From positions 7,068,001-7,132,000 of the forward strand of contig OX597828.1 of assembly GCA_951406725.2 (NCBI GenBank): a stretch of DNA of 64,000 bases, read 5' to 3'. Positions 39,278 through 52,884 of the stretch are shown here, piece by piece; the stretch's first letter is position 1, and each line of letters opens with the position of its first letter. Position numbers and translations under genes: made by a program. The notes under the pieces were generated by a model. It was not told where the DNA came from and ran no database searches. It saw only the letters and a list, made by a program, of their open reading frames with translations. This DNA is from Octopus vulgaris (Eukaryota).

Positions 39278-39326
<49 letters not shown>

Positions 39327-39490
39327 GAGAGAGAGAGAGGGTGAGAGAGAGAGAGAGAGGGGGTGAGAGAGAGAGAGAGGGGTGAGAGAGAGAGAGAGAG
39401 GGGTGAGAGGAGAGAGACGAGAAAAAGAGAGGGGTTGGGTGAGAGAGAGAGAAAGAGGGGAAAAAAAGGAGAAAAAAAAAAAGAAAGAGC
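39049..39490 (+). repeat. ~440-bp polypurine (GA)n/GAGG tract with internal minisatellite units
   Basis: Almost exclusively A/G on the + strand, with repeated units such as GAGAGAAGGATGGGAT and GAGAGAGAGGGGT. Confidence 0.95.
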
Positions 39491-40451
39491 CAGACTCTGT
39501 ACATAAAGAATGTCTCTGGCAAGTTTTCAGTCTCCAGTTGCCAAAATATAAATGTAACAACCAGAGCGGAATGGTTTCCATTTATTAGTTAAAAAATAAA
39601 AAGATGGGGAAATGATTTTTTTGCAACGGACACTTAAAAAGGAGGGATGGACGGAGTTGTTGGTTGAAATCTTCCTAAAGCTGACGTGAGATGCAAATAT
39701 ATACATAAATGGACCAAGATGGGTTCTACAAAGGTCAGATGAAAAAAAAAAAGGAAAATAACTATAAGAAATGGGGAATTTAGTACATAAAAACAGCAAA
39801 GCAGGAGACAAGATTTCTGAATAAAACGATAGTATCAATTATAGTAAGATAGCTTAGTATTAACTAAATTTCCCCTACCCCTCAGTCACACACACACACA
39901 CACACACACACAGTAGTAGCAGCAGCGATTGTTCACTTTGCAGAGAGTAAAAGTTATCAACAAATACAGACGGAACAAAGCCGATTGACATATTAGCATG
40001 GTCGATTAACAGTGGCAGTCGTAACGGTAGAGGCAGCCTTATCAGTCGTAATAATTAGTAGCAACGTCGTAATAATAGCAGTTGCATACTTTAGCATGGT
40101 CGTAAAGTGTTGTAGAAGTAAAAAGTCATAGCAGTGATAGAGATGCTAGTAGTGCAATCGTAGAGTAGAGAGGAACCTCTTTAGGAGGGCGAGAGAGAGA
40201 GAGAGAGAGGGAGTACCTACTGTCTAGCAGAACCGACAATGTAGTAGTACACAGTACTTGTTTTTATTTGCCCTAGTTTCGAACCAGTCAGTTTCAGAAC
40301 GAATGCAAACAAAAATCACGTACACAATAGATTAATATTAATATTAATAACAATGAATTGACGATGATAGTTCCTCATTCACCATCACAGCCAAACACAC
40401 AAAAAAAAAACAAAAAAATACCAAAGAATGTCTAAGCAGACAAGTATACTG

Positions 40452-40507
<56 letters not shown>

Positions 40508-40740
40508 ATAAAATACATCCGTACCAACATAACCTAATTTGTTTGGGTTAATCATGGGATTTTCGAAGCTATCTTTATTTACCATAAACAATACATTATA
40601 AAAACATCAACTGGAATTCGGTAATTAAAATTTAGCGGCAGTTTACAAGCAACGGTGTGAATTGAATTTCAATAATACAGTGCTTCACACCTTAACATTT
40701 TCTAACATTAGATCTACACTACACACCCAAACAGTTTAAA

Positions 40741-40771
<31 letters not shown>

Positions 40772-40870
40772 AAGCTTACATCCAAACAACTTGTAAACTT
40801 GCAAAGGTCTCTTGTTCGTAATAGTTTGTTAAAAGCCTCAACCAAGTCTGCTCGAGCAGACGTGCCTAGC

Positions 40871-40871
<1 letters not shown>

Positions 40872-40902
<31 letters not shown>
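40872..40902. repeat. (CAG/CTG)~10 trinucleotide repeat
   Basis: AGC repeated about 10 times. Confidence 0.9.
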
Positions 40903-41597
40903 CACCGTCCCGTCAAAGAAAATGTGAGCTTATGGGATTTGCTTTTGAATTTCTGAGCAGCAAAAATATCGATTAATTCGGCAGTTAGGCCCCTTGTTCC
41001 CTTGTTTGTTTTACGTATATGAAATCATTCGGATGATATTCCCACTTATGGACTCATTTATAAAAAAAAGGGGAGAAAGAGAGGCATGAAAGGCGACTCT
41101 TAACATGTGGCCGAGTTTGATGAATCCTGGTGGCTACAACATGCAGGTCACATAATCCATATGCATTTTGTACCGTTTCCATGATATTGGTGCAACTAAA
41201 ATAATATTCCAAGAGTCAACTTAGAGTGACTGCTCCACAACTTTCAACATTAGGATGCAAACTAAATATCGAAGAAACGAATTGATACGTCTCAAATCTA
41301 GAATCACGAGTTGAGACCGTGTTTGCTTCCATGGGTTGAATTGTTTAGTTTTGAAAGATTAATTAAAACCAACGTGTAACACCAAATCGCTTCAATCAGC
41401 GATCTACTATTTCCCAATTTTCTCAGGCAAAAATATTCCTAAAAGCTAAGATCACATCATTGCTAATACCGACTTGCACAGTTGCTGACATATAAGATAC
41501 TAAATAAAACAGAACATTATTCATTGTCCTTACTGGCGTACATATATAAAGGATCACATTGTCCAGTGTATGCTTTCTAAGAAAAAAAAAAAAAGAT

Positions 41598-41798
41598 TTA
41601 ACCTTTTAACCATATGAGGCCCAAATATTCAACTTGTTTTACGAGACCAGTCACATCCAACTTCTCACACCTACTTTACAATGTGATTCTGAAAATATTG
41701 AAATCCTCAAAGCTATGAGATAATACACGATTAATGCAAAACAATGTGAATAAAGAAATGTTACATTTCACCAAGTAATCTGAATGCTAAAGGGTTAA
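41598..41798 (-). mobile_element. piggyBac-like MITE
   Basis: Right end AATCTGAATGCTAAAGGG-TTAA is the exact reverse complement of the 7952 left end. Confidence 0.75.
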
Positions 41799-43359
41799 GT
41801 GAAATCTGATTTATTTCTAGTCGGGCGACCAACTACATTCAGGCCCCTCTTGTTGGCCACAGCCGAAATGGTCGACACTAACTGCAGTAGAATCCTTATA
41901 GTCTGGGGTAAACATGAAATATTAACTTTTATTGTCCATCTTCTCGATTGTTATAGGAAAGTGTCCTTGAAATAGGAATCAAAAAATATAGTTCCTCCAG
42001 ATGAAAAATGACCCCAGTGACCCTAAGACCACCCACCTTCACACACTCATTCAAACATGAGCTTAATGTGTAAAAGGAGAAAGAAAAAAAAAAAATCACG
42101 AAACTTGTTTTGTTAATGTTTTTTCAAATTAATTAAGAAAAGGTGAGTCAAATGTGATTAACAAAGAGTATTTTTGTGTAAGACTTAATCTAATCTACAA
42201 AGCCATTTTCCAACGCAGCAATTGCACCAGACTTATCCTATTTCTGATGACAAAAAGTTATCTAATTGGCTGATTGCCTTCAGCACAAAACCAACAATAC
42301 CTTCACTCACTAATTATCAGTACAGAGAGGATAATTAAAATAAAAGTGAGAGGAAAGGAAAATAGTCCTTAAAATATATATAAAAAAAAAAGCAACATTA
42401 AGATTTAAATGAAAACTATTTAAAAAACAGAAAAATAAAAAAGTAAAAATTCACAAAATTGCTAGCGAGCAGTTTGGTTGTAGTAGCACTGCGCATTTAG
42501 AAAAACTTTATTATAGTATTAATGGATATGCAGAGCCATTGTGAATGGAAAATGAATTAAATAGAAAGGTAGAGAGATGAGAGAGATTATGGAGGAATAA
42601 CATTTATGGTGTTAGCAGGTTAAGGCAGTATATATAATATCAGCATACAAACTCGTGGAGAGATCAAGCAACAAATATACCCAGATTAACATTACCAGCT
42701 TAACTAAGCGGATTATAAACACTTAGCCACCACCGCCAAGTACAGTAAGAGCTGATTGTTAGGGTGGGAAGCTAAAGAGCACTACAAAGGACAAACAATA
42801 GATTTTTCTGTACTCAGCCCACGAGATAACGTTATTTACACCTGTGCTAATGAAACATTTCAAAAGAATTTTTATTTCATTTAATTAAAAGCAACAAAGA
42901 TAATGCTCATCTAATTAATGTAATTAACATTTCACATATTTGAATTATTAGACTAATACTTGATTGCTAACGAAAAAAATATATCTATGAAAGATAGCAC
43001 TGTGGACTTAAAAAAAAAAAAAACCTACGCAAGAGGATGGGCATAAAACTCCCACTTGAAAGCAGGTGCCTTCATGACTGGGTGCTATCTTTTGCAGCAT
43101 TTACACTGACTGGCATAACATATAGGACACTTAAAGCAATTATCACCTATCCCAGGATACTCTTTCATTTTACATGGGGTAGATTTGTCAGAAAAAGCAA
43201 CTATATAGTTGCCCTTTCATTTTCTTTGTTCATTAATATTTTAGATAAAAATATATATTTCAACATAGGTTCATGTGTGAAAGAAAATTTATATTTCTAC
43301 ATCAACTGACCTGAAAATAGAAAGGAAAATGGTAGGCAAAAAAAAAAAAAAAATCCCAA

Positions 43360-43625
43360 GACATGGCCGTGCAGTAAAGAAGTCTTCTTCCTAACAGCAT
43401 GGTTCAGTCCCACTGTGTGGTACTTTGGCTAAGTGTATTCGACTATAGCCTTGAGTGGATTTGGAAGCACACATGTTTCTTGTAACTAGCGGTTCTACAA
43501 AGGAGACCAACGGAAGAAGTACCAGACTTAAAGAAAAAAAAAACAAAACACTGAGGTCAATTCATTTGCCTAAAATTCTATGCGCTAGTCCAGCGCAGTC
43601 TAATGGCTAAAACAATAGAAAAACA
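43360..43625 (+). mobile_element. Degenerate tRNA/CORE-like SINE
   Basis: GGTTCAGTCCCACTGTGTGGTACTTTGG...GAGTGGATTTGG...TAGCGGTTC...AAGTACCAGACTT. Confidence 0.7.
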
Positions 43626-44545
43626 AATAGAATAGTTCTAAAACATGTATGAAGGACCCTTAAGAAATTAGACAGCAGAGTGTATAAAGTGTCAGAATAA
43701 CATTCACCTCTACAAACCAATATTTAAAATATTCAAGTTTATCTTGTGGTGCACCTGAGCACCGTATACAATAATTTCATTATTATCTATCTACACTATA
43801 TATATATATAAATGGAAGAGAGACAGTACACATGTCAGATTGTGTGTGTGGCAGAAAGCAAAATGTGTAATCAGAGAGACATAAAGAGAAAGAAGGAAGA
43901 GATCTGCAAAGAGAGAGCTAGTCAGTTTTGGGTGTGGTTGAGAAAATAAAGAAAAATAAGCAAAGAATTAAATGGAAGAATGAATCCCGTTTCTTGACCT
44001 GGGATGATTTGTGGAACCATTTTAATTAACAGTCAAAGGTTCAAATTGGAACAAGCTGGGAGTGGCAACAGAATGGGATCACCAAAGCCTTTAAGTTATA
44101 GTGTCTTATAGAGGTGTATGAACAAAAAATGAGCTAAGGGAAATAACTCAAATAAGCCAAAGGCAAGAATACATGCATTTGGAGAATGTAAAAAATTCTT
44201 TACTAAAATTTCCCTCTTTAAAAAAAAAAAAAAGAAAAGGAATGTTGCTGTCTAGTTACAATTCAACTGAATGGAAGAGAGCATCGAAAATCCAAATACA
44301 TCTTTTAAATTAATTTGACTCATTCTCTTCTACAACCTTCGAAAAGGTTATAGTGATATTTAGAAGAGCTCAATATTTGCCACAACCAATTTTTATTCAC
44401 TTATTTTTGCTGTGTTATTTTCCTGTCTCAGTCAGTCTGCCTAACAAGAAGTTCCAACCGTCAAGGCCTCAGCCTAAATTTTAAGCACCAAGGACATCTA
44501 GTTTTCAAGCAACAAATTAGCCACAATCATGCAGTCCTGTCCATG

Positions 44546-44629
44546 ACCTACCTGTGTTTTTGTTTTTCTTTCTTATTTCTAGTCATAACCTACCTGTGTT
44601 TTTGTTTTTCTTTCTTATTTCTAGTCATA
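44546..44629. repeat. Perfect 42-bp tandem duplication
   Basis: ACCTACCTGTGTTTTTGTTTTTCTTTCTTATTTCTAGTCATA occurs twice in tandem. Confidence 0.95.
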
Positions 44630-45302
44630 ATTTGTGATTTATCTCGGACTGGTTGTTGGAATTTGAGAGATTTACTTGAGTTAAATTCATAGGGTACTGG
44701 ATTGTCAGAATCAATACAGCCAGGAACAAAGCACCCTGTGGTATTTATAGTTGTGTACCTTAACATTCTGGTTAAAATCTCACAGATGAACTATGTCACA
44801 TAATTACTAAAATGATTTCATTGAATTTACCTAGACCCTATTATTCAGATCTTGTGCCCATTTAAGAAATCAAATTCATTTATTACATCATACGATCATT
44901 ATTAAAGCTAAATAGTCAGTTGTAAATTGAGAAGTGATCTAGTTTTTCAGTTAGGTAGTTTGTCTAGTTATGTTTCAATTTTAGAGCTGGTCCAATGTTC
45001 TTATTTCTACACACCTATCAACTGTGCATTCTTTTCTTCCATTCTAGACTGAATGGATCCCCAGATTTCTAATAAAGTATAAACCAGGTGTACCTACATG
45101 AGCCTCCCAATACAGCCATTCCCAAATTAAATCATTTAAGTCAATATAATCCACTAAGAACCTTGAAGATGGTGGTTGCTGTAGCATGGCAGTAGTCTAA
45201 TACTAAAAATAAATGTTTTTGTATTAGAGATATTAAATAGGAATGATACTTTTACAAAAGACACACTACCACTAAAACTTTATATACCAGCTTAGGAAAG
45301 GC

Positions 45303-45504
45303 CTACTTTTAGCATTTAAACTGGCCACATCAAGCCAAATTATTTTAACTGTTTTTTGTTCAAACTGGCTAGAAGATTTAGTGGCTCACACAATGAAATG
45401 TCATTCTAAAAACAAAACAATTACATGAATCTTAAAGCTACAAGATACAAAACAATGAGAATAAGCATAACATTTGACAAAATAATCTGACTGCTAAAGG
45501 GTTA
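45303..45504 (-). mobile_element. piggyBac-like MITE
   Basis: TTTAGCATTTAAACTGGCC ... AATCTGACTGCTAAAGGGTTA. Confidence 0.65.
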
Positions 45505-45566
45505 TATCGTTTTTAATCCAAGAACTTATAACAAATGCATCCCAATAAGTCATACTGAACTGCAAA

Positions 45567-45616
<50 letters not shown>

Positions 45617-47004
45617 GTATGTATTAGAAGTTGAATAAGTATTGTTTTGTAGCCAGAATGCGTGTGTGTGCTCGTGCACTGAACAGCTTTTTATTCCATA
45701 TATGCTAATGAAAACATTGCTCTTGTTTAAAAGGATTTTCCATAATTCCTTGTTCCATTGTTGCTTGGAACAAGAAACTGCAGTGTCTTTCCCCCAACAA
45801 TGAAAACAATCACAGACACCAGCTACTAGAATCATTTCCTCCCAAAAGACTAGGTAGGTCTTGAAACATCAAAGGCAATAATAATCGTTGCAAACAAATA
45901 GGGTTATGAATATGAAAGAAAATATGCAATATCTTATAAATTAAACACCACAAACACAGCACATAAATAATGCATTTTAATATTACTATGTCCTGTATAT
46001 TTGAATATATGAATATTGTTTGGTTAAAGCTTTTCAGCTGGCTAGAGGACTCCTTACAGGTAATCAATCAACTGTGTCAAGCAGCAGTGGGCTGTTCATG
46101 TTATTAGCAGAGGTAAGAGCAATGTATCTTTAGAGAGAAAAGGAACATAGCCTTAATTGACCATGTGGTCAGTAGACCAGAGCCTTAGGCTTGTCATATA
46201 TATACACAGAATGACTTCTGTGCAAACATTTCAGACAAAGGAGCTGCTTACATAGCCACATAGTAGCTAAATTTCTCTCAATTGTAGATAAGTTATGGAA
46301 AAAAAATCCTAGGAGTCCCTTTGATCATCAGTCTGTTAAATCAGATTGGCATGGTGCTAATCAATATTTAACACTTTATCAATAGTTGAAGTGATAAGTT
46401 TTAATAGAACTAGAGAACTGTTTTGCCGAACGACCTTCATTAAAATAAACAAGGGTTGATACAAAAACAAACTCTTTACACAGAGGATACCTGAAGACAA
46501 GTAGGGGATCATTGTATTGCTAGTGAAAGCAAACATTACCACCATCAGCAGCTATGAAGTGTTATTGTCCTTTGCAGTGTAACATTTTTGTGGACATGTT
46601 TTCTATTGATATACACTGCGTATGTGCTTCATACAATTGTGAAACCAATATAGAATTGACAGATTTAGTCAACCAAGCTTTTCAACCAAGTCAGTGTTTG
46701 GAGCATAAATAGATCTTACATAGAAAAAAAAAATGCAATATTTTAATTACAGTATGGACAATCTAAAACAAGGTTTTGTATCATAGAAATGGACAGAGGC
46801 TATCCAACTTGATTGTCAAAATCTACAATCCAAGTAGGCAAAGTGTTAGCAACAAAGGTACTTGTGAATGCAGATGAGTTTGTTGGGTTAAAACGAGAAG
46901 CGAAAACAGCTTATGAAGATATATAGAAACTAGGTTTCATGGATTTTTCCTACTCCTTATAGCACTATGATTGTTTGACATCCAATAGGTGTATTCAGCA
47001 CTAC

Positions 47005-47350
47005 ATAGTTAAGTTGGCTTTACAATCAAGTGATTTCAGGTTCATTCCCACTGCACAGCACCTTGGGCAAATGTCTTCTATAGACAGAGGTTGACCAATG
47101 CCCTGTGAATGAAAATAGATGGCAACTGTACAGAAACAGGTGTAGCTTTGCACTGACACCATTTAAGCAGCAAAAACATTTGACTGTGTCCCATAAAAGA
47201 TGCCCTGCATATGTTTGACAGTCGTGATGTGCAGAGACCAGTGGAAAGAAAAGCCTTACAACACGTTTGCCATCAGGAATGGCATCCAGTCATAGAATAC
47301 TGATGAGAAATCTCTTCCAACACATGCCAGCATGAAAAAGGCAAACATAA
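47005..47350 (+). mobile_element. Degenerate composite SINE
   Basis: GGTTCATTCCCACTGCACAGCACCTTGGGCAAATGTCTT head and GCCATCAGGAATGGCATCCAG...CCAGCATGAAAAAGG tail. Confidence 0.6.
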
Positions 47351-50300
47351 AAAGATAAATCTCCTAGATTTGCAAATAAATCCAATCGTTCCTTTCCTTA
47401 AAAAAATCCATATTCCTAGTAAACTATGAGAGAGATACCCATCACTACTAAACATTTAATCAGATGTTTTTTTTAACCCTACAGCTACTGTATACCTAGT
47501 TAGCTCATAGCTGGAGGTGACTGATGTGAAAGATATTTACAGTAATAATTACAGGCAAGAATTATTTCATGCACACAAGCCATCAGCAAGGTCTTCATAA
47601 AATCACAGGTTGGTCCTATTCAAACAGGATTGTTTATTCTTTCTCAATTACACATTCCTAATTTTGCTGTAAACGTTAACTAGCAATTCTAACAACAAAT
47701 CAGTATTGTTTGAGAACCCAGAATAGACTGACAATACAATGATCGACACAAATTACAGAGAGAAAGCGAGAGAGGGGGAAGTTATAGTTGAAACATTTCC
47801 AAAAATAGAAGCAGATACAAAATTAGGTTCACAGCTGAATTAACCTTTGAATGAATCTCACATGAAAGACATCCCCACCTTTCCCTAGAAAGACACACAC
47901 GCAATAAAAAAAAAAAAAAAAAAGAGAAATTATGAGAGATTTTTTTTCAAAGTTACATTTTCAATGTTATGGCAACCATCAAGAATATTAAAAATACATC
48001 AGATCAAAATTGGCTACCAACTTACAGGTTTCAGGTATTCAGAAATTCTCTGAACAGGAATATCAGGTTTTCATTAAGCAAAAAACAATGGCTTGTGTGT
48101 GTGTAATAGTTGGTAGCATGCTTTCTATAGTTGACAAACTATCAGTGCTGCTATAAATGAAACTGGAACACAATAGCTGAGTGGGTTACTGCATGCTTCA
48201 ATGGATAACAAGAGAAAAAAAAATAATAGAAAAAGTAACAAAAAAAATTTAAAGAGTTAAATGTTTTGATTAAGATCTTAGCTTTTTCATGATGTTTATG
48301 AGTGGGAAGGTAACAGTTAAAAGATGATTTAGACAAAAATGATAAAGGGTCATATGTAAGTAAACACTTTTTCTTCCCCACCCCTTCTTTCTTCATATAA
48401 AACTACATAGCAAACAAGATTCAGATATTACTTTGCAAAAACACAACAGCCACTGACATAAAGCTGATTGTTGTTGTAATATTATTGAATGCCCAACGCC
48501 TGCAGTCAAGGTAGATTACCTGCTTCAGTTAATCAGGTGGAGAAAATAAGTATGACCCATTCCCATTTCATGGTTGAATAAGTGAAGGACAATGATAAAA
48601 ATCACCTGTTCTAATGTTAGGTGTGAAGGAGCCAATCCATATTGGCAAGGAAAACGAAGGAAACAAAAATGAAATGATACTAGCTTAGCTCTAGGCCAAC
48701 CGTAACCATGCAGATCCACGACTACTGCCTTGTCAAGGATACCTGACCATGTTTTAAAGTGGAACATCTTTCAAGGGAGATTAAACAACTATATAGAGAC
48801 ACTCAAGGTATTAATTTTAGAATAATGTACATCCCAATTTGTAGAATAGGTATGCAAAATTCAGGCACAATCTATGGAGCAACTTTAATAGGGGTGTTTT
48901 CGAAGAGGATATATGTGACCAAAAAAAGAGTCCCAATTTATGCGAGCATGGATAAGTAGATGTAAAAAGTGATGATTCTAATTTCGATTGTGACTATTCA
49001 ATTGTGAAGTCTTCATTTCCGGAAGGAAAATCATCTATGTCACCTAATTCTAGTTGAAGGAATCTAATGGCAAATTAAAATTAAAACATAATTGAAAGAA
49101 ATCCAGAGATGAAAAAGTATGAAATAAAAAGGTATTTAAGTTTCCATGACTTTCTAAGCGACATTGTCTGTTTTAATATAATCAAGCTGTTTAGCCCCAG
49201 GTCAACTTGTTCAACAGACCTTCGTTCAAAGGCATTTCAATAGAGACTATTCCATTTTCTCGAATGTGCAACGAATAAGACCTCATTATCCATCATTCCT
49301 TTTAAGATGGTAGGGTACAATAGAAAAAAAAAAAACACCGAATATTACTTTTAGCAGATCACAAAGAAAACTCCTCATTGGCTTGCTTAGACATCAAGTA
49401 TGAACCAGAAGTAGAAGTGACCCAACATACTAGGTCACCTGGAATTATAATATCCAGTGTACATAGAAAAGGAAAAAAGGCATACAAAGAGTGATCACTA
49501 AGGTCAGTACACTTTCCTTTTCTCTACACTCATCAAACTAACAATTTACATGATTATGTATGTATACAAAATGTTAGCAATCTTAGCTGATTTCATTTTA
49601 ATATATTTACAATTGACACAAAGTGCATAGAAAAAAAAATGACTTTTTAAAATTGAAGGGAACTAATCCTTCCCAGATTGCATCTCACAGGAGTCCCAGG
49701 AAAACAATACTAGTAAAATAGACACTGAAGATTATACACAATCTGCAGAATATCCAGAGTAAGAGACCAACAACCATCTCAGTGAGAATGCCTCACATAA
49801 AGGGGTATTTTTGTTCAAGAGTAAAATTCTAGATTCAACTATTTAAAAATGGAAATTTCTAAGGTAGACATGGCTGATTAAAAAAACATGTGGTGCTGAT
49901 CTTCACTCATATGAACATCTCTTTGGCCCATTGTTTCCTACAACAGCCTTGGATTGATTAATACTGGATGAATGGCAGCTGGAATGAACACACACACACA
50001 CACACTAAAAGCAGTGTGAGAGTCTGGACACAAGATGAAACCTGGTACATCGAAACAGATACTGTTTAATTTGTGGTCAACTGGATTTCCTCACACAGGT
50101 ATGTTTTGCATTTAATGAGAATAGTAAAATAAGCACCAGACAAGGAATTGGTGGGAGCAGATATAATTGATCAAAATTCAATAAACTTGGTGCCCCAGCT
50201 TGGCCACACTCACATGACAAAGCCTTTAAGGAATAAATAATTATCAAACCACGCCTTGCATTTTCGCAAAACAAGAATTTAATTCAAAAACTGTAACTGT

Positions 50301-51307
50301 GTTTGTTTATGCTAAGATGTACAAACACAAACATTTGACTTAGCTTAGTGTCAAATCAGTGCTTTGTATAATGTTTAACACCTGGTTAAATTGGGGAGCA
50401 TGCTATGAAAATAAATATCTAGGATTTAAGGGAATGGCACTTCATGGAAAGGGTGGCAGTGTTTCTTACATCTAAACAGAATTTTTAAAAAATGTGAAAA
50501 AGTAGAAAGATTGTATAAAAAAGGTAGGAAACAAGTATGTTGAAGTGGGAAGCGGTAACAAGGTGTAAATGTGATGGAGTGTTAAGGACAGGTGAAGAGG
50601 GAATAATTAAAGTGATGATTTACAGTATCTGACGGAAAATGGAGGTCAAAATATGGGTGTGCGAGTATGTGTGGCTCATAGGGGAAAAGGATTTGTTTAT
50701 CAAATGAATTAAAAAAATTTTTTTTTTTATGACAGCTGAAGAGCAGAAAGGTTTGGAAGTTATACTTCAGTAAATGTCATCTTTCATTAAGAAACTGTAT
50801 CCAAGAAAACTAAGAGGGTTCTTTAACACTTGCTAAACTATATGAATCAATTGTGAATGTGACAAAACAGCACATACATTATAGGCGCATACATTAATGT
50901 GCGTGTGCGTTTAAGCCAACATAAACATGCCAGGATTCTAGTAGATCCAAAATTACATTTTATTATATATGTATATATATATATGTGTATATATATATGT
51001 ATATATATATATAATTACACACAGGCAGATACAAAACATCAAGCTATACGTATAAACTATGTGTATATCATGTCTCAAGTAAACAGAAGCATGTAATTCA
51101 ATTTACATTACAATAGGTACATAGCTGCAGTGTGTGTGTGTGTGTGTGTGTGTGTACATATATACACACACACGCATCATCATCATTTAGCGTCCATATA
51201 TATATATATATATATAGTAAGTATGCAAGTAATACATATATTGTAAATATGCAAATAATGTATACAAATGTATTCGTAGGGTTATATACATAAAAATATG
51301 CATATGC

Positions 51308-51338
<31 letters not shown>

Positions 51339-51789
51339 AAGCAGACGTGTGTGCACATGCAATACATGTAATAATCACAAACACCATATATGTGGAGCTA
51401 TGTAAAAATACATTTTTGTAGATATATAAACATGCATGTGACAGATAAATGTATGACAATGTGTATATATTTATATATATATATATATATGTATGTACAT
51501 ATATACATACACACATGCATATATGTCTATATGTCTATATGTATATACGTACATTATCTACATATACATGCATAGACAGAACCATACAAAAGTTCATGTG
51601 TGCGTGTGTGTGTATATATACACTCACATCTGTGTGTGTGTATATATATATATATATACAAATCCATGTATATGCATAAAGATATACCTTGATATATTCA
51701 AGTTAAGGTGTGCATAGATAAGGGTGTATATACATATATGCATGAATGTGTGTACATACGTTCGAATGTTTTTTGCATAAGAGCATAAG

Positions 51790-51950
51790 CGTGTATGGGT
51801 GTGTGATTAAGAACCTTGCTCCCCAACCATGTGATTTTGGGCTCAATCCCACAGCACATCACCTTGTGGAAGTGTTTTTCACTATAGTCACAGGCTGACC
51901 AAAGATTTGTGACAGTATATAGTTGATGGAAACTGAAAGAAGCCTGTTCA
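51790..51950 (+). mobile_element. tRNA/CORE-like SINE, 5' half
   Basis: GTGTGATTAAGAAC...GGCTCAATCCCAC...GATGGAAACTGAAAGAAGCC. Confidence 0.7.
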
Positions 51951-52313
51951 TATAACAAAGAGAAATATCTCCTCTTATCACATGGTTCTAGACAAGCAAT
52001 GTTATTCATCACAGCCTTCCATGAAGATCTTCGAGAATGGAAAAATATCTGGAAACAGAAGAGGATTGGTAACAGGAATCATCTGACCTAAGGAAGCATG
52101 AAAAAATTGGACATTGGAAATGATTTTCAGCTTTTGCACTGGCTTCAATCATTGAAGTCTCAGTCAAGCTGGGGAACCACAATAGGATTAACAGAACAAA
52201 TGCACTCACAGAGATACCATTTTCATTGACCAAATGTCATGAAAGCATTTGAAGAACAAACTCCTTTACCTTTACTACAGAGGCATGCCTAAATATCAGT
52301 ACGCACATCCTTA

Positions 52314-52361
<48 letters not shown>

Positions 52362-52523
52362 TGTACATACATTAATGTTTATCTTGGATTATAGATACAC
52401 ACAACAGTAGTTATATATGGATATGCAATAATTCAAACATTTATGTATGTTGACCACATGCTAACAAAAGGAAGCCAGAGCTATAATATATATATACATA
52501 TATATATATATATTTATATATAT

Positions 52524-52673
52524 TATCATCATCATTTAACGTCCGTTTTCCATGCTAGCATGGGTTGGATGGTTCGACCGGGGTCTGGTAAGCCATGGAG
52601 GCTGCACCAGGCTCCAGTCTGATTTGGCAGTGTTTCTACAGCTGGATGCCCTTCCTAATGCCAACCACTGTGA

Positions 52674-52675
<2 letters not shown>
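52524..52675 (-). mobile_element. Young Meta-like/RTE-tail element 3' end in a microsatellite
   Basis: Highly similar to 9922-10064 (TTTAACGTCCGTTTTCC...CAGCTGGATGCCCTTCCTAA). Confidence 0.85.
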
Positions 52676-52731
<56 letters not shown>

Positions 52732-52884
52732 AGCTGTATGTGTATATAAAGTTGTTTATGTCCATGTGTATACATATGTATACTACAGGGACTTTATATA
52801 AAGCATTTATGCTGATGTCCAACATATGTATGCATTTGTACATATTTACATGCTTCTCTTTCATGTGTGTGTGTGTGTGTGTGC

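Noticed and set aside
39037-39588. 161-178 aa Ser/Leu/Pro-rich ORFs
   Set aside because: They arise from the stop-free (GA)n tract.
40714-40905. Poly-Cys or poly-Gln ORF from the CAG repeat
   Set aside because: Short, with no convincing splice sites or flanking coding signal.
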